From the human T2T-CHM13v2.0 reference genome, Homo sapiens, in assembly GCF_009914755.1 (NCBI RefSeq), contig NC_060933.1: DNA of 64,000 nucleotides. One strand, written 5' to 3'. Shown here in pieces: positions 56,426 through 64,000 of the stretch. The number at the start of each line of letters is the position of its first letter. Position 1 is the stretch's first letter. Position numbers and translations under genes: made by a program. The notes under the pieces were generated by a model. The model saw only the letters and a program-made list of their open reading frames with translations. It did not search any database and was not told the origin of the DNA.

Positions 56426-58285
56426 CATTCCGGATGATTCCATTCCATTGCATTCCGTTCCATTACATTCCCCTGCACTCGCGTTGATTCCATTCCATTC
56501 CATTCCATTCAATTCCATTCCATTACAATTCGTTCCATTCCATTCTATTCCGTTCCGTTCCATTCCATTCCATTCCATTCCATTCCGTTCCGTTCCATTC
56601 CATTGCATTCCATTCTATTCGGGTTAATTCCATTCCATTCCATTCGATTGCAATCGAGTTGATTCCATTCCATTCCATTCCATTCCATTCCATTCCATTC
56701 CATTCCTTTCCATTCCGTTACGGATGATTCCATTCCATTGCATTCCATTCCAATCCATTCCCCTGTACTCGGGTTGATTCCATTCCATTCCATTCCAATC
56801 CATGCCATTCCACTCGTGTTGATTCCATTCTTTCCATTCCATTCAAGTTGAATCCATTCCATTGCATTCCATTCCATTCCATTCCCCTGCAGTCGGGTTG
56901 ATTCCATTCCATTCCATTCCATTCCAATCCATTCCATTCCACTCCGTTCCGTTCCATTCCATTCTATTCCATTCCATTATATTCGGGTTAATTCCATTCC
57001 ATTCCATTCCATTCCAATCGAGTTGATTCCATTCCATTCCATTCCATTCCATTCCACTCCATTCTAGTCCTTTCCATTCCATTCCACTCGGGTTGATTCC
57101 AATGTATTCCTTTCCATTCCATTCCATTCCATTGCAATCGAGTTGATTCCATTGCTTTGCATTCCACTCCATTCCATTCCATTCCGGATGATTCCATTCC
57201 ATTGCATTCCATTCCATTCCATTCCCCTGCACTCGGGTTGATTCCATTCCATTCCACTCCATTCCGTTCCATTCCATTCCATGGCATTGTATTCGGGTTA
57301 ATTCCATTCCATTCCATTCCATTCCATTCCATTCCATCACAATCGGGTTGGTTCCATTCCATTCCATTCCATTCCATTCCATTCCATTCCATTCCGGATG
57401 ATTCCATTCCATTACATTCCGTTCCATTACATTCCCCTGCACTCGGGTTGATTCCATTCCATTCCATTCCATTCCATTCCATTCGATTCCATTCCATTCC
57501 AATTCTTTCCATTCCATTCTCTTCCGTACCATTCCATTCCATTCCATACCATTCCATTCCATTCCATTCCATTCCGTTCCTTTCCGTTCCATTCCATTCC
57601 ATTGCATTGTATTCGGGTTAATTCCATTCCATTCCATTCCATTCTATTCCATTCCATTGCAATCGAGTTGAATCCATTGCATTCCATTCCATTCCATTCC
57701 ATTCCATTCTGGAAGATTCCATTCCATTGCATTCCATTCCATTCCATTCCCCTGCACTCGCGTTGATTCCATTCCATTCCATTCCATTCCATTCCGTTCC
57801 GTTCCGTTCCGTTCCATTCCATTCCATTCCTTTCTATTCGGTTTAATTCCATTCCTTTCCATTCCATTCCATTCCATTCCATTCCAATCAAGTTGATTCC
57901 ATTCCATTCCATTCCATTCCATTCCATTCCGTTCCGTTCCATTCCATTCCATTCCATTCCATTCCATTCCGGATGATTCCATTCCATTGCATTCCGTTCC
58001 ATTACATTCCCCTGCACTCGCGTTGATTCCATTCCATTCCATTCCATTCCATTCAATTCCATTCCATTACAATTCGTTCCATTCCATTCTATTCCGTACC
58101 ATTCCATTCCATTCAATTCCAATCGAGTTGATTCCTTTCCATTCCATTCCATTCCATTCCACTCCATTCCAGTCCTTTCCATTCCATTCCACTCGGGGTG
58201 ATTCCAATGTATTCCTTTCCATTCCATTCCATTCCATTGCAATCGAGTTGATTCCATTGCTTTGCATTCCATTCCATTCCATTCC

Positions 58286-61200
58286 ATTCCGGATGATTCC
58301 ATTCCATTGCATTCCATTCCATTACATTCCCCTGCACTCGGGTTGATTCCATTCCATTCCACTCCATTCCGTTCCATTCCATTCCATTCCATTGTATTCG
58401 GGTTAATTCCATTCCATTCCATTCCATTCCATTCCATTACAATCGAGTTGATTCCATTCCATTCCATTCCATTCCAGTCCTTTCCATTCCATTCCACTCG
58501 GGTTGATTCCATTCTATTAGATTCCATTCCATTCCATTCCCTTCCATTCCACTCTGGTTGATACCATTCCTTTCCATTCCACTCGAATACATTCCCTCCT
58601 ATTCCACTCGGAACGATTCCATTCCATTCCATTCCATTCCATTCCATTCCATTCCATTCCATTTCGTTCCATTCCATTCTATTCCGTATCATTCCATTCC
58701 ATTCCATTCCATTCCATTCCATTCCATTCCATTCCATTCCATTGTACTCAGGTTGATTCAATTCCATTGCATTCCATTCCATTCCATTCCATTCCATTCC
58801 ATTCCATTCCGTTCTATTCCATTCCATTACATTCGGATTGATTCTATTCAACTCCCTTACTCTCCATTACATTCCATTCCATTCGGGTTGTTCCATTCCA
58901 TTCCATTCCATTCCACTCCATTCCATTGCACTCGGGTTGATTCCATTCCATTCCATTCCATTCCATTCCATTCCATTCCATTCCGAATGATTCCATTCCA
59001 TTGCATTCCGTTCCATTACATTCCCCTGTACTCGCGTTGATTCCATTCCATTCCATTCAATTCCGTTCCATTACAATTCGTTCCATTCCATTCTATTCCG
59101 TACAATTCCATTCCTTTCCATACCATTCCATTCCATTCCATTCCATTCCATTCCGTTGCATTCCGTTCCATTCCATTCCATTCCATTCTACTCGGATTAA
59201 TTCCATTCCATTCCATTCCATTCCATTCCATTCCATTCAATTCCATTCCATTGCAATCGAGTTGAATCCATTGCATTCCATTCCATTCCATTCCATTCCA
59301 TTCCATTCCGGAAGATTCCATTCCATTGCATTCCATTCCATTCCATTCCCCTGCACTCGCGTTGATTCCATTCCATTCCATTCCATTCCATTCCATTCCA
59401 TTCCATTCCGTTCCGTTCCATTCCATTCCATTCCATTCCATTCCATTCCGTTCCATTCCATTCCATTCCATTCTATTCGGGTTAATTCCATTCCATTCCA
59501 TTCGATTGCAATCGTGTTGATTCCATTCCATTCTATTCCATTCCATTCCATTCCATTCCATTCCTTTCCATTCCATTACGGATGATTCCATTCCATTGCA
59601 TTCCATTCCATTCCATTCCCCTGTACTCGGGTTGATTCCATTGCATTCCATTCCAATCCATGCCATTCCACTCGTGTTGATTCCATTCTTTCCATTCCAT
59701 TCAAGTTGAATCCATTCCATTGCATTCCATTCCATTCCATTCCCCTGCAGTCGGGTTGATTCCATTCCCTTCCATTCGATTCCATTCCATTCCATTCCGT
59801 TCCGTTCCGTTCCATTCCATTCCATTCCATTCTATTCGGGTTAATTCCATTCCATTCCATTGCATTCCATTCCAATCGAGTTGATTCCATTCCATTCCAT
59901 TCCATTCCATTCCACTCCATTCCAGTCCTTTCCATTCCATTCCACTCGGGTTGATTCCAATGTATTCCTTTCCATTCCATTCCATTCCATTGCATTCCGT
60001 TCCATTACATTCCCCTGCACTCGCGTTGATTCCATTCCATTCCATTCCATTCCATTCAATTCCATTCCATTACAATTCGTTCCATTCCATTCTATTCCGT
60101 ACCATTCCATTCCATTCCATTCCAATCGAGTTGATTCCTTTCCATTCCATTCCATTCCATTCCACTCCATTCCAGTCCTTTCCATTCCATTCCACTCGGG
60201 GTGATTCCAATGTATTCCTTTCCATTCCATTCCATTCCATTGCAATCGAGTTGATTCCATTGCTTTGCATTCCATTCCATTCCATTCCATTCCGGATGAT
60301 TCCATTCCATTGCATTCCATTCCATTCCATTCCCCTGCACTCGGGTTGATTCCATTCCATTCCACTCCATTCCGTACCATTCCATTCCATTCCATTCCAT
60401 TGTATTCGGGTTAATTCCATTCCATTCCATTCCATTCCATTCCATTCCATTCCATTGCAATCGAGTTGATTACATTCCATTTCATTCCATTCCATTCCAT
60501 TACATTCCATTCCAATCGAGTTGATTCCATTCCATTTCATTCCATTCCATTCCATTCCATTCCATTCCATTCCATTCCATTCCATTCCTTTCCATTCCAT
60601 TCCACTCGGGTTGATTCCATTCTATTAGTTTCCATTCCATTCCATTCTCTTCCATTCCACTCTGGGTGATTCCATTCCTTTCCATTCCACTCGAATACAT
60701 TCCCTCCTATTCTACTCGGAACGATTCCATTCCATTCCATTCCATTCCATTCCATTCCATTCCATTACATTCCACTCGTGTTGATTCCATTCCTTTCCAT
60801 TCCATTCGGTTTGAAGGCATTCCATTCCATTCCATTCCATTCCATTCCATTCCATTGTACTCGGGTTGATTCCATTCCATTGCATTCCATTCCATTCCAA
60901 TCCGTTGCATTCCATTCCATTACATTCGGATTGATTCTATTCAACTCCCTTACTCTCCATTACATTCCATTCCATTCGGGTTGTTCCATTCCATTCCATT
61001 CCGTTCCACTCCATTCCATTGCACTCGGGTTGATTCCATTCCATTCCATTCCATTCCATTCCATTCCGGATGATTCCGTTCCATTGCATTCCGTTCCATT
61101 ACATTCCCCTGCACTCGCGTTGATTCCATTCCATTCCATTCCATTCCATTCCATTCAATTCCATTCTATTACAATTCGTTCCATTCCATTCTATTCCGTA

Positions 61201-61800
61201 GCATTCCATTCCATTCCATACCATTCCATTCCATTCCATTCCATTCCATTCCATTCCGTTCCGTTCCATTCCGTTCCATTCCATTCCATTCCATTCTATT
61301 CGGGTTACTTCCATTCCATTCCATTCCAATCTATTCCATTCCATTGCAATCGAGTTGAATCCATTGCATTTCAATCCATTCCATTCCATTCCATTCCATT
61401 CCATTGCAATCGAGTTGAATCCATTGCATTTCATTCCATTCCATTCCATTCCATTCCATTCCGGAAGATTCCATTCCATTGCATTCCATTCCATTCCATT
61501 CCCCTGCACTCGCGTTGATTCCATTCCATTCCATTCCATTCCATTCCATTCCGTTCCGTTCCGTTCCATTTCATTCCATTCCATTCCATTCCATTCAGTT
61601 CCGTTCCATTCCATTCCATTCCATTCTATTCGGGTTAATTCCATTCCATTCCATTCGATTGCAATCGAGTTGATTCCATTCCATTCCATTCCATTCCGTT
61701 CCGGATGATTCCATTCTATTGCATTCCATTCCATTCCATTCCCCTGCAGTCGGGTTGATTCCATTCCATTCCATTCCATTCCATTCCATTCCATTCCATT
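58286..61800 (+). repeat. About 3.5 kb direct duplication, copy 2
   Basis: Collinear with 52790-56425. The offset falls from 5496 to 5371, including loss of about 80 bp corresponding to about 55310-55390. Confidence 0.88.
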
Positions 61801-64000
61801 CCGTTCCATTCCATTCCATTCCATTCTATTCAGGTTAATTCCATTCCATTCCTTTCCATTCCATTCCATTCCATTCCAATCGAGTTGATTCCATTCCATT
61901 CCATTCCATTCCATTCCACTCCATTCCAGTCCTTTCCATTCCATTACACTCGGGTTGATTCCGTTCTATTCCTTTCCATTCCATTCCATTCCATTGCAAT
62001 CGAGTTGATTCCATTGCTTTGCATTCTATTCCATTCCATTCCATTCCGGATGATTCCATTCCATTGCATTCCATTCCATTCCATTCCCCTGCACTCGGGT
62101 TGATTCCATTCCATTCCACTCCATTCCGTTCCATTCTAGTCCATTCCATTGTATTCGGGTTAATTCCATTCCATTCCATTCCATTCCATTCCATTACAAT
62201 GTAGTTGATTCCATTCCATTCCATTCCATTCCATTCCATTCCAGTCCTTTCCATTCCATTCCACTCGGGTTGATTCCATTCTATTAGTTTCGATTCCATT
62301 CCATTCCCTTCCATTCCAATCTGGTTGATTCCATTCCTTTCCATTCCACTCGAATACATTCCCTCGTATTCCACTCAGAACGATTCCATTCCATTCCATT
62401 CCATTCCATTCCATTCCATTCCATTCCATTCCAGTTCGTTCCATTCCATTCTATTCCGTACCATTCTATTCCATTCCATTCCTTTCCATCCCATTCCATT
62501 CCACTCGTGGTGATTCCATTCCTTTCCATTCCATTCGGTTTGAAGGCATTCCATTCCATTCAATTCCATTCCATTCCATTCCATTCCATTCCATTCCATT
62601 GTACTCGAGTTGATTCCATTCCATTGCATTCAATTCCATTCCATTCCATTCCATTGTACTCGAGTTGATTCCATTCCATTGCATTCCATTCCATTCCATT
62701 CCATTCCATTCTGTAGCATTCCATTCCATTACATTCGGATTGATTCTATTCAACTCCCTTACTCTCCATTACATTCCATTCCATTCGGGTTGTTCCATTC
62801 CATTCCATTCCATTCCACTCCATTCCATTGCACTCGGGTTGATTCCATTCCATTCCATTCCATTCCATTCCATTCCGGATGATTCCATTCCATTGCATTC
62901 CGTTCCATTACATTCCCCTGCACTCGCGTTGATTCCATTCCATTCCATTCCATTCCATTCAATTCCATTCCATTGCAATTCGTTCCATTCCATTCTATTC
63001 CGTACCATTCCATTCCATTCCGTTCCATTCTGTTCCTTTCCATTCCATTCCATTCTATTCGGATTAATTCCATTCCATTCCATTCCGTTCCATTCCATTC
63101 CATTCCATTCCTTTCCATTCCATTACATTCCATTTCGTTCCATTCCATTCTATTCCGTACGATTCCATTGCATTCCATTCCATTCCATTCCTTTGCATTC
63201 CATTGAAATCGAGTTGATTCCATTCCATTCCGTTCCATTCCATTCCATTCCATTCCATTCCGGATGATTCCATTCCACTGCATTCCATTCCATTAAATTC
63301 CCCTGCACTTGGGGTGATTCCTTTCCATTCTATTCTATTCCATTCCATTCCATTCCATTTCATTGCAATCGAGTTGATTCCATTGCATTCCATTCCATTC
63401 CATTCCAGTCCTTTCCATTCCATTCCACTCGGGTTGATTCCATTCTATTCCTTTCCATTCCATTCGATTCCATTCCATTCCACTCTGGTTGATACCATTC
63501 CTTTTCATTCCACTCGAAAACATTCCCTTCTATTCCACTCGGAATGATTCCATTCCATTCCATTCCATTCCATTCCATTCCGTTTCGTTCCATTACATTC
63601 TATTCCGTACCATTCCACTCCATTCCATTCCATTCCATTCCATGCCATTCCTCTCGGGTTGATTCCATTCCTTTCCATTCCATTAGGGTTGAATCCATTC
63701 CATTCCATTCCATTCCATTCCATTCCATTCCATTCCATGCCATTCCACTCGGGTTGATTCCATTCCTTTCCATTCCATTCGAGTTGAATCCATTCCATTC
63801 CATTCCATTCCATTCGATTCCATTCCATTGCACACGGGTTCATTTCATTCCATTCCATTCCATTCCATTTAGTTCCATTCCATTCTATTCCATACCATTC
63901 CATTCCATTGCATTCCATTCCACTCCATTCCATGCTATTCCTCTCGGGTTTATTCCATTCCTTTCCATTCCATTCGGATTGAATCCATTCCTTTCCATTC

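Larger units (their letters stand above)
50699..63550 (+). repeat. Subtype-A domain (forward), followed by subtype-B sequence from about 63600 to the window end
   Basis: A markers throughout. B markers (CATGCCATTC, GTTGAATCC, GCACACGGGTTCAT, CGGGTTTATTCC) cluster only after about 63600. Confidence 0.7.
1..64000. repeat. Human Satellite 3 (HSat3 / satellite III) array of diverged (CATTC)n pentamers
   Basis: Uninterrupted CATTC/GGAAT pentamer tandem across the window with the recurrent ACTCGGGTTG (CAACCCGAGT) interruption that defines satellite III. CATTCGATTC-type units are only sporadic, arguing against HSat2. No unique-sequence interval seen. Confidence 0.97.
50699..64000 (+). repeat. HSat3 block 3, C-rich (CATTC)n strand on +
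   Basis: Top strand returns to CATTC repeats at TTCCATTGCATTCTGGTTG (50699) and stays so to the window end. Confidence 0.97.

Noticed and set aside
57427-58851. Longest ORF (474 aa, - strand) and hundreds of other MEWNG/IPFHS-repeat ORFs
   Set aside because: (GGAAT)n has no stop codon in any frame and an ATG every 5 bp, so long overlapping ORFs in all six frames are expected. There is no domain-like sequence or gene structure.
1-64000. HSat2, alpha satellite/CENP-B boxes or telomeric repeat
   Set aside because: CATTCGATTC units are rare, and no 171-bp monomer, CENP-B box or TTAGGG array was seen.

Overview
The whole 64 kb window is Human Satellite 3 (HSat3, classical satellite III), typical of human/hominid pericentromeric or acrocentric heterochromatin. 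It consists of diverged (CATTC)n/(GGAAT)n pentamers interrupted by the diagnostic ACTCGGGTTG/CAACCCGAGT motif and a few longer marker motifs. I find no protein-coding gene, RNA gene, transposon or CRISPR array; every ORF in the track is the IPFHS/MEWNG translation of the pentamer. The interest is architectural. (1) The array switches strand twice, at about 29260 and 50697, and both junctions look like fold-backs (mirror-image flanks) rather than ends of a simple reciprocal inversion. Two sequence subtypes run A-B | B-A (inverted) | A-B, resembling an inverted triplication. (2) There is a near-perfect 11.5 kb tandem duplication (5581-17073 / 17074-28546) in which I counted 5 substitutions and 8 whole-pentamer indels. 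(3) Older duplications are spaced about 5.4 kb, 2.4 kb and 11 kb apart, alongside many small in-register duplications. (4) Nineteen perfect three-unit heat-shock elements (aTTCcgGAAgaTTCc) and about 16 copies of a perfect 14-bp palindrome occur only in subtype A. All comparisons were made by eye, so counts are lower bounds and domain boundaries are approximate. Chromosome and HSat3 subfamily cannot be assigned without a database search.
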